Source: an uncultured Bacilli bacterium
GTDB lineage: Bacteria > Bacillota_I > Bacilli_A > RF39 > UBA660
Assembly (NCBI GenBank): GCA_947632115.1
Contig: CANROB010000001.1
Span: 26,161 to 90,160 of the forward strand
DNA length: 64,000 nt
Reading direction: 5' to 3'
The notes under the pieces were generated by a model. The model did not search any database. It had not been told where the DNA came from and saw nothing but the letters and a program-made list of their open reading frames with translations. A program made the position numbers and the translations under genes. Shown piece after piece: positions 9,032-18,388 of the stretch. How positions within the stretch are numbered: position 1 is the stretch's first letter; each line of letters opens with the position of its first letter.

Positions 9032-9658
9032 ATGAGAAAAAGAGAGATAAAAAAGGAAAATAGTATTTGGAATTTGCCAAATAAAATTACGATTGCTAGA
9101 ATTATCTTATCTTTTGTTATTGTCGTAATTTTAGTTCTTCCCCTTGATATGATGGGGATAGAGGTTCCAAAACTTTTTATATCAGAAAAAATTGTAGTAG
9201 ATATTAAATATATGGTAGCAGGGGTACTTTTTATCATTGCTTCCTTAACTGATTTTCTAGATGGACATATTGCAAGAAGTAGAAATCTAGTTACGGATTT
9301 TGGAAAAATGATAGATGCTATTGCCGATAAAATGTTAGTAAATTCGGTATTAATTATTTTAGCCTCAGCAGGATTTATTCATCCTATTATTCCTGTTATT
9401 ATTGTCATGAGAGATAGTGTTGTGAATACGATTAAGATGATTGCTGGTAGCAAGGGAAAAGTCGTTGCTGCGATTAAATCTGGAAAGTTAAAAACAGCCT
9501 GTCTTATGGTAGGAATTACGCTTACTTTATTTTATAACTTACCATTTGAACTTTACAATTTACGAGTTTCTGATTTTCTACTCTTTTTAGCAGCTATTTT
9601 ATCTTTAGTTTCTTGTCTACAATATTACAATATGAATAAGGATTTATTATTTGAATAA
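9032..9658 (+). CDS. pgsA: CDP-diacylglycerol--glycerol-3-phosphate 3-phosphatidyltransferase.
   Basis: The CDP-alcohol phosphatidyltransferase motif is DFLDGHIARSRNLVTDFGKMIDAIADK, and the N-terminus NLPNKITIARI is typical. The ATG at 9032 has a GGTGGG RBS. Start 8939 in the ORF track is a spurious extension. Confidence 0.85.
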   Translation: MRKREIKKENSIWNLPNKITIARIILSFVIVVILVLPLDMMGIEVPKLFISEKIVVDIKYMVAGVLFIIASLTDFLDGHIARSRNLVTDFGKMIDAIADKMLVNSVLIILASAGFIHPIIPVIIVMRDSVVNTIKMIAGSKGKVVAAIKSGKLKTACLMVGITLTLFYNLPFELYNLRVSDFLLFLAAILSLVSCLQYYNMNKDLLFE

Positions 9659-9713
9659 ATCCTTTTTTTGTTCTAAAGAGAAACATCTTACATACTTATT
9701 AATAGGTGGTTAG

Positions 9714-10244
9714 ATGAAAATTACATCTTTTTTCTTTCGAACGCTTATAACCATTGTTTTAAGTCTTTTGGTTCTAATTGGAATGAAAGGAAACTCTCAT
9801 TTTAAAGAACTTGTTTATCAAAATGTCTATGAGAAGAGTTTTCCTTTTTTAAAGGTTGGTGTTTGGTATCAAAATCTTTTTGGTTCTCCTTTTCCTTTTG
9901 AAAAATATATGAAGACAAAAGCTACTTTTCAAGAGACTCTTACTTATCAAAAGAAAGAGAATTATCTAGAGGGAGTAAAACTAACGATAGAAGATACGTA
10001 TCCTATTCCCGTTTTACAGGATGGATTAGTTGTCTTTGTAGGGGAGAAAGAAGATTACGGGAAGGTTGTTATTGTAGAACAGCTAGATGGCGTTGATTGT
10101 TGGTATGGAAATTTATCTAGTAGTACGGTAAAACTTTATGATTATGTAGAAGCAGGAAGTCTTCTTGGGGTAGCGGAAAAAAATCTTTATTTGGTCTATA
10201 AAAAAGATGGGGTTGCACTTCCGTATGAAGAATATTCCCTTTAA
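9714..10244 (+). CDS. spoIVFA: SpoIVFA-like protein, a membrane-anchored degenerate M23/LytM-domain protein.
   Basis: There is an N-terminal TM segment, and the C-terminus DGLVVFVGEKEDYGKVVIVEQLDGVDCWYGNL resembles a degenerate LytM fold. It is immediately upstream of and overlapping the S2P protease gene, like the B. subtilis spoIVFA-spoIVFB pair. Confidence 0.5.
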   Translation: MKITSFFFRTLITIVLSLLVLIGMKGNSHFKELVYQNVYEKSFPFLKVGVWYQNLFGSPFPFEKYMKTKATFQETLTYQKKENYLEGVKLTIEDTYPIPVLQDGLVVFVGEKEDYGKVVIVEQLDGVDCWYGNLSSSTVKLYDYVEAGSLLGVAEKNLYLVYKKDGVALPYEEYSL

Positions 10245-10950
10245 AATAAAATTTCATCCTCTTTTTTATCTTCTTTTATTACTTGCTATCGTAACAGCTC
10301 AATTTCAAAAAGTAATAGAGTTCATGATGATTATTTTGATTCATGAGTTAGGACATATTAGTGTCGCATCCCTTTTCCATTGGAAGGTAAAAAGGGTTCT
10401 CATTCTTCCATTTGGCGGAATGGTAGAATTAGAAGAAAAATTAAATCGTCCCATTTATCAGGAATTTTTAATTGCGATAGCAGGACCGATGACCCAAACA
10501 CTTTTTTCTTTCTTTTATCTAAGTAAGTTTCACTATCCCTTACTTTTTTTTAATTTACTTCCTATCTATCCTCTAGATGGAGCAAAAATCCTTTTTTTAC
10601 TTTTCAATCTTTTTACTAGTTATTATCATAGTTATCTTATTTTATTTTTTTGTTCTTCTTTTACTATTTTTTTGCTTCTTTTGAAAGATCCTAATTTATT
10701 TAATTTTATTTTCTTTTCCTATTTACTCTACCAAAATATTCGGCTGTTGGGGTCTACCCCAGAACTTTTTTTAAAGTTTTTATTTGAGCGGTATCAAGAG
10801 GACTTTTTTTTCTATCAAAAAAAGAAAATTATAGGGGCTAAGTTTAAGAAAATGAAAAGAGATGTGAGACACTTTTTTATGATAGAGGGAAAATTATATG
10901 AAGAACAGGAGGCTTTAGGTACTTTTTTCTTTCAAAAATTGAAAAAATAA
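10225..10950 (+). CDS. spoIVFB: Site-2 metalloprotease, M50 family, SpoIVFB-like pro-sigma-K processing enzyme.
   Basis: HExxH motif IHELGHIS is present, as is NxxPxxxLDG (NLLPIYPLDGAKI), and the protein is polytopic. It sits upstream of rplU as in B. subtilis. Confidence 0.7.
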   Translation: MKNIPFKIKFHPLFYLLLLLAIVTAQFQKVIEFMMIILIHELGHISVASLFHWKVKRVLILPFGGMVELEEKLNRPIYQEFLIAIAGPMTQTLFSFFYLSKFHYPLLFFNLLPIYPLDGAKILFLLFNLFTSYYHSYLILFFCSSFTIFLLLLKDPNLFNFIFFSYLLYQNIRLLGSTPELFLKFLFERYQEDFFFYQKKKIIGAKFKKMKRDVRHFFMIEGKLYEEQEALGTFFFQKLKK

Positions 10951-11022
10951 AAGGGATATGATATAATCAAACTTAAGTTGACGGGCAAATACTAGAGGAA
11001 AAAATATTGTGGCGGTGAGGAA

Positions 11023-14000
11023 ATGAAAGAAAAAGAAAAAAAGAGTATAAATAGGAGAAAATGGGCTGTAAGAATTGCTGTAATAATAGGCATTCTTTTA
11101 TTGTTTCTCCTTTTATGTTTTTGTGGAAGAAAAGATTACGGTGTTTCTTTTCAGATTGGCGATAACATATATACCATGGTCAATATTCGCCAAGGTGGGA
11201 AAGTGGAGGAACCAGAAGCTCCAACCAAAGAGGGATATACTTTCCAAGGATGGTATTGGAATGATAAAAAATTCGATTTTAATTCCGAGATTACAAAAGA
11301 TGTTATTTTAGAGGCTCGGTTTGAAGAAAACATTTATACGGTTACCGTGGATGATGGAAATGGAAATCAAATAGAATTACAAGCAAAGCATAAAGAGGCT
11401 ATTCCAGAACCAAAAGTGGGTGAAAAAAGTGGATACTATTTTGCTGGATGGTATGTTGATGGAGAAGAATTCCATTTTGAAGATGGTGTCACAGAAGATA
11501 CTCAGGTAGAGGGAAAATGGGCTCTTAATGAACATGCACTTTATCGGGTAGAACACTATTTACAAGAAAAAGATGGAACGTACTCTAAAACTTATAAAGA
11601 TATTGAAATTTTAGATGGGAAAACCAATAGTACGGTTACTCCTGCTACGCACACGTATCGTGGGTATCAAACACCAAGTAAGAAAAGTGTGAAAGTAGAA
11701 GCTGACGGTACAACAATCGTAAAATACTATTATTCTCTTAAAACTTATACGTTGGTAGTAGTAGGTGGAGCAGGAATTGATTCTGTAAGCGGAAGTGGAA
11801 AATACTACTACGGGGATAAAGTCAAGATCGGTTATACTTTAAAGGATGGATATCATTTTAGTGGCTATAGTAAGTCTTTAAATGATGATATTTTTACGAT
11901 GCCAGATGAAAATGTTGGAATAGAAGTAAAAGCAGAGGCTAACACAGATACCCCTTACCGAGTAGAACATTATTTACAAAATACGGACGGTAGTTATCCT
12001 GAAACCCCACAAGATGTAGATCATTTAACTGGTACAACAGATACGAAAGTAACTCCTAATACAAAAACATATACGGGGTTTACGGCTCCCGAAGAACAAG
12101 AAGTAGTAATTGATGGCAAGGGAACAACCATTATTAAGTATTGCTATACTAGAAATCAATATCAATTAACACTACAGACCTCTAAAGGGGTAGAAAAAGT
12201 TACTGGAACAGGTACTTACTACTATGGGGAAGAAGTAACCGTTTCTTATGACTTAAAACTAGGATATTCATTCGTTTCTTGGAAACAAGAAGGAACGGAA
12301 GAAACAATTTCTCAAAATACAATCACAATGCCTGCAACAGATATCACATTAACAGCTATGGCTAAGGCAGAAAAAGTCAATTATCATGTAATTCATTATA
12401 CAAAAGATTTAAAGAGCGAAACCTATACACAATATAAAGATGAGATATTAGAAGGAATAACAGATACGAAAGTAACTCCAAGTACTCTTACAATTCCAGG
12501 ATTTACTGCTCCTAAAACAGAAACGAAAACTGTTTCAGGGGATGGAACAACAGTGATTGAATATCGTTATGATAGAAATAAATATCATGTTACTGTAAAT
12601 GCCGGCGTTGGTATTTTAAATACAACTGGAACAGGCGATTATGAATTTGAGGAAGAGGTAGAGATAACTGCTACTTTAAAACCAGGATATCATGATATTT
12701 CATGGCCAAAAGAAGTAACAGTAGGTGAAAAAACGACTGTAAAGGTCCCAGTAGATGGTATGGATATAACAGCAACTGCCACCCCAAATTCAGCTACTCC
12801 ATACACGGTAAAACATTACTATATGGATGTTGATGGTAAGTATCCAGAAGAACCATTAACTTTATTGTATTCTGGAACAACAGATACTATCGTAGAAGCA
12901 CCATTACAATCTAAAGATGGATTTACTTCTCCAGCACAACAACAAATAACTATTACTGGTGATGGATTAGCGTCTATAGAATATAGATATCCAAGAAATC
13001 AATATACAGTAACGATTGAAAAAACTACTCCAGGAGTAGAATCTCTTAATAAAACAGAAATAAAAGATATTTACTTTGGAAGCACTGTAGAACTATCTAT
13101 TGAGGATATTGCTAATTGGTCTACAGGATATGAGTTTGATAAATGGTCTTATGAAAAAACAGAATCTACAGAAGAAACGCTTACTTTTGAGATGCCATCT
13201 CATGATGTAACTGTAACAGTAGTACCTAAAAAAATTCCATATAAGGTTAGTTTTGAATCAGAAAATCCATATCGTGAAAAAGTAAAACCGCAAACTTATT
13301 ATTATGGAGATAAGATTACTAAAATTAGTGAAGGACAATGGCCACATCATGATTTCCAAGGCTGGTATTTAAAAGAATCTGATGGTAACTTATCAGATAC
13401 TGCTTGGGATTTTGATAAAGATACTATGCCTAATTCGGACATTACCTTAGTGGCAAAATGGAAAATCCATAATGGTACTTTGAACTTTGTATTTGGATTT
13501 GAAAAAGAATATAAAGAATTTGCAGGTGTAGCTTATGGAACAACTGTCAAAGATTTATTAAGTTCTAAATTAGAAGATACTACTAGATATGAAGCACCAA
13601 CTCATAAAGGATATATTTTCTTAGGATGGTATAAATCAACGAAATTCCAAGAAAGTGAAAAAGTAGATAACATTTTAGAATATGCAATGCCAGATAATGA
13701 AGGTGTTACATTATATGCTAAATGGAGACCTATTGAATATACAATAGAATTTATGCCAAATGGTGGGGAAGAAGTAGAACATGTAAAACAAGAAAGAATT
13801 TATGAGGATACTACTTTCTTATATCATCATGATTATCATGAAGAAGATATTGTTAAAGTCCCACTAGAAAAGAATACATATACCAGAAAAGGTTATACAT
13901 TTAAAGGTTGGTCAACTAATAAAGATGCAACGAAAGAAGAATATACGGATCAACAACCTGTCGGAAATATGGCTGATCAAGATAATGAAAATATTCAACT

Positions 14001-16899
14001 CTATGCAGTATGGGCACCTAATACTTATACAGTAGAGTATGATGTAAATAAAGGAAATGGAAGTTCTACTCCAACTCCTGATACCATTGCACCAACAACT
14101 CATACTTATGATGAAATAAGTGATTTAACAAAGACTACTGTCACAAGAGAAGGATATGACCTCTTAGGATGGAGTAAAACAAAGCATGAAACTTCACAAG
14201 ATAGTTGTGAGGATTGCGTTAAAAATGCCAATAATTTAGCAACCGGAGAAAAAGGTGATGAAAAGGTTACTTTATATGCAGTATGGAAAGCACATACTTA
14301 TACAGTAACTTATGATGCTAATAAAGGAAACGGAACTTCTGAACCTTCTGGAAAAGTAGATGATACAACTCATACTTATGATGGTCATGAAAAATTATCA
14401 TCTAATCAATATTCAAGAGATGGATACACTTTTAAAGGTTGGGCTACTAAAGCAGAAGCTACTGAAGCAGAATATCAACCAGGAAATGAAATTCCTAACT
14501 TAACAAGTGATGAAGCAACAGTAACTTTATATGCAGTATGGGCACCTAATACTTATACAGTAATTTACGATGCTAATGTTCCTGAAACTTCTGTAAGTAA
14601 AGCTACAGGAACCGTAAATAACACAACCCATATCTATGATGTAGAATCAGTATTATCGAGTGATGAATATACGAGAACAGGATATAAATTCTTAGGTTGG
14701 TCTACTAATAAAAATGCGACTAATGCAGATTATCAACCAGGAGTAACAGTTTCTACTTTAACACCAAGTGAAAATATTACATTATATGCTGTATGGGAAA
14801 AAATAACTTATGCCGTTACATTTGATGACAAATTTGGAACTAAATCTTCAAAAAATTATACTGTTGAAGATAGCGTTACTTTCCTTGATCCAGTAAGTCA
14901 TGATGGTTATACATTTAAAGGTTGGTATGAAAAAGGAACTGAAACAAAAGTAGACAATATTCCAAAAGGAACTACTAGAAGTTATGACTTAGAAGCAAAA
15001 TGGGAAACTGTTCCTTATAACATCAAATATGAAGGGTTAACTTATGAGGGTAGTGTATCTCAAGGAACTGTACCAGAGGATGCTAAAAGGACCTATACCG
15101 TAGTAGATGAAACTTATACTTTACCAACACCAACAAGGAATGGTTATACATTTGATGGTTGGTATACAACCAATAATTATCAAGATGGAACGAAAGTAAC
15201 TTCTATTACGACAGGATCAACAGGAGAAAAAACATTCTATGCAAAATGGATAATAGAGACATATAAAATTACCCTTGTTGATAAGACCCTTGGAACTTCA
15301 TCAAATGCTTCCTATAACATTGAGGAAGGAGCCACTTTAACACCACAAGGTATTCAAGGTGGATATACCTTTGATGGATGGTATGAAAGTGAAACTTTTA
15401 CTGGTAGTCCAGTAGACAATATTTCAAAAGGAACAACAGGAGAGAAAACTTACTATGCTAAGAGAACTGGAATTTCCTATACTGTTATCTATAGTAAAGA
15501 CGGAAATTCAAAAGATAAAACGGAAATATTTGTCTTTGGTGATAAACATACAGCAGCCGTTGCAGATACGATTAAAAATCCATATACAGTAACATTTGAT
15601 GTTGCTGGTGGAAAAACTGTAGATGCCAAAACTGTAAATGCTACTGTAAAGACATGGAAGGTAAAAGATTCTAGTGATGATAAAACATATGCATCAGGTA
15701 CTGAAATGGCAGATTTAATTACTCCAACACAAACAGGACAAACCGTTACTTTGGTACCGAAAGATTGGAATTATCCAACAGTGGAATTGCCATCTACTAC
15801 AAAAGATGCCGATAATGAGCATTATGTAGAGTACCAATTTGACGGATGGTATAAAGAAAGTCAAAAACAAGATACTTCTATTACTGTAACAAGTGACTTA
15901 CAATTAACTGCTCATTGGAAGAATATCGTAGATACTGATAAGTATATTAATGACAATATTCAAGATCCTACTTATTTTACTTCTACATTAAGCAGTACTA
16001 ATGTTACAGCAGATATTATTCAAGTTAATGAAAAAATAACTACTGTATTAACAGAAAGTGGAGACTACGTCACTTATATGAAAAAATTATTAACTACTCC
16101 AGGAGTAAAAACTGTTACATTAAAATATAACTCCACTACTTATACAGTAACTAAAGATAATATTTATTCAGAACTAAAGAAATTAGCAAAGGCAATGACA
16201 GATACATCTAAAGAGACATCTGAAGAGAATAGAAAATTAAGTTCTCTTTATAGTTCTACTACACCAAAGAAATTTACCATTCAAATTGACGTAGATAACA
16301 ATTCTCTTTTAAAAGGTAGAACAGGAAGTAGTGTTACTTATACGACTACATTTACTAGTAAGAAAGTAGAATCTAATAGCCACTTCTTATCTCTTAGTAA
16401 TAAAGTTACCAACAACACCAATGGACATATTAATTCCCATAGAACAACCCATTATGAATTACTCGTTGATGGAAGCAATTTAACCTTGAAATATGTTGAT
16501 CCAAATGCTACTTTAGCGACTGCAAGTTCTGGAGGTTTATCTGGAGCAGGAATTAAAACTGCTTTCTGGGATATTTTAGGAGAACCAACCAATTTAACCG
16601 CTTATCCATATACATTTGTAGAGTCTCTACACCTAGTTTTCGTTGGAAAAAAGACAATGGATATTACAACTAAACCAGAGAATGTGGCAGATAATGCATG
16701 GACTAGTTATGCACTAGGTTTAGCTGGAGATTTAGGAACAGCTTTAGGAAAAGGTATGTTTGGGTTTTTATCATTAAAAAATTCTGATTTGGCAGGATTA
16801 TCTGTAACTGTTACGCTTAATGTAAGAAGTGACTGGGCATTAGAAGATGACTTTAAATACCCACTAGAATATACAATTACATTTGGTCCTAGATCATAA
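11023..16899 (+). CDS. Giant (1958 aa) type-II membrane-anchored surface protein with tandem Listeria-Bacteroides (Flg_new) repeats and a conserved C-terminal domain of unknown function. This is paralog 1.
   Basis: The N-terminus has a basic cytoplasmic tail plus a TM segment (VRIAVIIGILLLFLLLCF). More than 20 repeats of G(Y/W)xFxGW(Y/S)...LYA(K/V)W are present, along with six modules of about 135 aa beginning YRVEHYLQ..DG.Y. The last roughly 300 aa (…IKTAFWDILG…RSDWALEDDFKYPLEYTITF) are shared with the two downstream paralogs. Confidence 0.8.
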   Translation: MKEKEKKSINRRKWAVRIAVIIGILLLFLLLCFCGRKDYGVSFQIGDNIYTMVNIRQGGKVEEPEAPTKEGYTFQGWYWNDKKFDFNSEITKDVILEARFEENIYTVTVDDGNGNQIELQAKHKEAIPEPKVGEKSGYYFAGWYVDGEEFHFEDGVTEDTQVEGKWALNEHALYRVEHYLQEKDGTYSKTYKDIEILDGKTNSTVTPATHTYRGYQTPSKKSVKVEADGTTIVKYYYSLKTYTLVVVGGAGIDSVSGSGKYYYGDKVKIGYTLKDGYHFSGYSKSLNDDIFTMPDENVGIEVKAEANTDTPYRVEHYLQNTDGSYPETPQDVDHLTGTTDTKVTPNTKTYTGFTAPEEQEVVIDGKGTTIIKYCYTRNQYQLTLQTSKGVEKVTGTGTYYYGEEVTVSYDLKLGYSFVSWKQEGTEETISQNTITMPATDITLTAMAKAEKVNYHVIHYTKDLKSETYTQYKDEILEGITDTKVTPSTLTIPGFTAPKTETKTVSGDGTTVIEYRYDRNKYHVTVNAGVGILNTTGTGDYEFEEEVEITATLKPGYHDISWPKEVTVGEKTTVKVPVDGMDITATATPNSATPYTVKHYYMDVDGKYPEEPLTLLYSGTTDTIVEAPLQSKDGFTSPAQQQITITGDGLASIEYRYPRNQYTVTIEKTTPGVESLNKTEIKDIYFGSTVELSIEDIANWSTGYEFDKWSYEKTESTEETLTFEMPSHDVTVTVVPKKIPYKVSFESENPYREKVKPQTYYYGDKITKISEGQWPHHDFQGWYLKESDGNLSDTAWDFDKDTMPNSDITLVAKWKIHNGTLNFVFGFEKEYKEFAGVAYGTTVKDLLSSKLEDTTRYEAPTHKGYIFLGWYKSTKFQESEKVDNILEYAMPDNEGVTLYAKWRPIEYTIEFMPNGGEEVEHVKQERIYEDTTFLYHHDYHEEDIVKVPLEKNTYTRKGYTFKGWSTNKDATKEEYTDQQPVGNMADQDNENIQLYAVWAPNTYTVEYDVNKGNGSSTPTPDTIAPTTHTYDEISDLTKTTVTREGYDLLGWSKTKHETSQDSCEDCVKNANNLATGEKGDEKVTLYAVWKAHTYTVTYDANKGNGTSEPSGKVDDTTHTYDGHEKLSSNQYSRDGYTFKGWATKAEATEAEYQPGNEIPNLTSDEATVTLYAVWAPNTYTVIYDANVPETSVSKATGTVNNTTHIYDVESVLSSDEYTRTGYKFLGWSTNKNATNADYQPGVTVSTLTPSENITLYAVWEKITYAVTFDDKFGTKSSKNYTVEDSVTFLDPVSHDGYTFKGWYEKGTETKVDNIPKGTTRSYDLEAKWETVPYNIKYEGLTYEGSVSQGTVPEDAKRTYTVVDETYTLPTPTRNGYTFDGWYTTNNYQDGTKVTSITTGSTGEKTFYAKWIIETYKITLVDKTLGTSSNASYNIEEGATLTPQGIQGGYTFDGWYESETFTGSPVDNISKGTTGEKTYYAKRTGISYTVIYSKDGNSKDKTEIFVFGDKHTAAVADTIKNPYTVTFDVAGGKTVDAKTVNATVKTWKVKDSSDDKTYASGTEMADLITPTQTGQTVTLVPKDWNYPTVELPSTTKDADNEHYVEYQFDGWYKESQKQDTSITVTSDLQLTAHWKNIVDTDKYINDNIQDPTYFTSTLSSTNVTADIIQVNEKITTVLTESGDYVTYMKKLLTTPGVKTVTLKYNSTTYTVTKDNIYSELKKLAKAMTDTSKETSEENRKLSSLYSSTTPKKFTIQIDVDNNSLLKGRTGSSVTYTTTFTSKKVESNSHFLSLSNKVTNNTNGHINSHRTTHYELLVDGSNLTLKYVDPNATLATASSGGLSGAGIKTAFWDILGEPTNLTAYPYTFVESLHLVFVGKKTMDITTKPENVADNAWTSYALGLAGDLGTALGKGMFGFLSLKNSDLAGLSVTVTLNVRSDWALEDDFKYPLEYTITFGPRS
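13999..14790 (+). repeat. Three tandem units of about 261 bp with high nucleotide identity inside paralog 1 (the Flg_new repeats were recently amplified).
   Basis: The motif ttatatgcagtatgggcacctaatacttatacagta recurs at about 13999, 14272, 14527 and 14783. Confidence 0.7.
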
Positions 16900-16907
16900 T
16901 AAACGAA

Positions 16908-16946
16908 AAAATCTAATTCAAATTGAATTAGATTTTTCTTTTTTAA
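16908..16946. terminator. Bidirectional intrinsic terminator between paralog 1 and the inverted orphan cassette.
   Basis: aaaaaatctaattcaaattgaattagatttttctttttt has a 10-bp stem with an A-run and a T-run. Confidence 0.65.
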
Positions 16947-17026
16947 TATTTCAACCGCACCACTTTATTTAGAAAATTAAATTTCTTTCTTAATAATGAA
17001 TATTTAATGATTCAAAAGATGCTTTA

Positions 17027-18285
17027 TTATGATTGTAACTTACTATCAGCTTTTTTCCTAAATATTAGCGTATAATCCATTGGATAAGTAAAATCGTCTG
17101 CGAGTTCCCAGTCAGGACGAATCTCTAGATGAATTTCCACAGTAGAACCTGCTGTTTGCGCATTAGAACTACTAGTTAAATTACCAAATTTTTTCAAAAG
17201 TTGACTCATCTTTCCAGAAAGAACTAATGCCCATTTGTCTGTAGCGTATAAATCAGTAGGAATAAATTCCACATCACTACTGCTACTTTTATCAGGTGGC
17301 ATATAAGTCATTTGTATTTTTCCAATAGGCGTATTTGGGAAAGGACCGCCTTCATCTGTTGCTGTTAAAGCAGTATTTCCTAACAAATTCCAAAATGCTG
17401 TTTTAAAACCTCTTTCCATAGCAACATCTGCAAGAGAAGAGTTTTCAATTCCAACATGATACTCTAAATATATATTTGGATCTTTCTCTGTTGGCAAGGT
17501 TAAATAATAACCATACTTCCAACCAGATGTTTCTTTCTTTTGATAATTTGAAATGATATTGTTAGCAATTTTAGAACTAAAATTTTGCCAATATGCATTG
17601 GTTACCACATGATTTGTTGCTGCAAAAGAAACAGTATAAATAATCTTTGAAGATTTATTTTTTGATATGATAGAATCTTCACTTGCAACAACTTTTAAGG
17701 TAAACTTTTTTCCATTTAGAGAGCTTAACTTTCTATCGGATGTATTCTCAGCTTTAGATGTGTTTGTCATAGCTGTAAATAATTCCTTAATTTTCTCATA
17801 TACATTATCATTTGTTACATTTCCTTTATTTAAAGTAATCGTTGTTTTAGAGCCAGTTGTATCACTATATTCTAACACAATGGACTGTACTCCCGATGCC
17901 TCTAGTAATTTCTTGGTAGAATTTATAAGACTACTAGTATTAGTAATGACATCGTCCACTTTTTTATAAGCTGCTTGAATATCAATTTTTAAATTTTGAT
18001 TTGTCATTGTAGGTAAATTATAAATAGTTCCTTGTGTCTCACTATAGCTACAACTATATGTTTTTGTAAAAAATCCAGATGATGTACATTTTTCTTCTAG
18101 TATGTTACCTGTGTTGTTTTTCCAACTATCATTAATATACGTATCGGTATCAATAACATTTTTCCATTTTGCTACTAATTTTATATTATTAGTAACTGGC
18201 ATTTGTTCTGTCCACTTTGTATTTTCTTGATACCATCCATCAAGCTGGTACTCTACATAATGCTCATTATCGGAATTTCTTTAAA
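17027..18285 (-). pseudogene. Orphan 3' cassette: a promoterless, inverted, 5'-truncated paralog of the C-terminal roughly 400 aa of the giant surface protein (Flg_new repeat end plus the conserved C-terminal domain).
   Basis: The minus-strand frame is open from an in-frame TAA at 18288-18286 down to the stop at 17027. Homology to paralog 1 starts abruptly: ..SDNEHYVEYQLDGWYQENTKW.. in the cassette versus ..DADNEHYVEYQFDGWYKESQKQ.. in paralog 1 (nt 15810 onward). It begins with a 26-nt identical core gataatgagcattatgtagagtacca. There is no signal/TM segment, and the ATG at 18202 lies inside a repeat with no good RBS. The C-terminus GFKTAFWNLLG…RPDWELADDFTYPMDYTLIF matches the other two paralogs. 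Confidence 0.55.
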
Positions 18286-18310
18286 AAAGTCGGTTTTTGT
18301 TGACAAAATA

Positions 18311-18339
18311 TAGACAAAATTTAAGAATCGTGTATAATA
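18311..18339 (+). promoter_or_regulatory. Sigma-A-type promoter for paralog 3 (TAGACA, 17-nt spacer, TATAAT).
   Basis: -35 tagaca at 18311-18316 and -10 tataat at 18334-18339. An alternative TTGACA at 18300 has too long a spacer. Confidence 0.4.
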
Positions 18340-18388
18340 ATGAGGTAGGAGTGGTAGGCTCCAAAATTTAGGGGAAAAAGGAAGGAGA

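Noticed and set aside
17667-17969. ORF 17667..17969 (+), 100 aa.
   Set aside because: It lies entirely antisense within the orphan cassette and has no RBS or homology signal.
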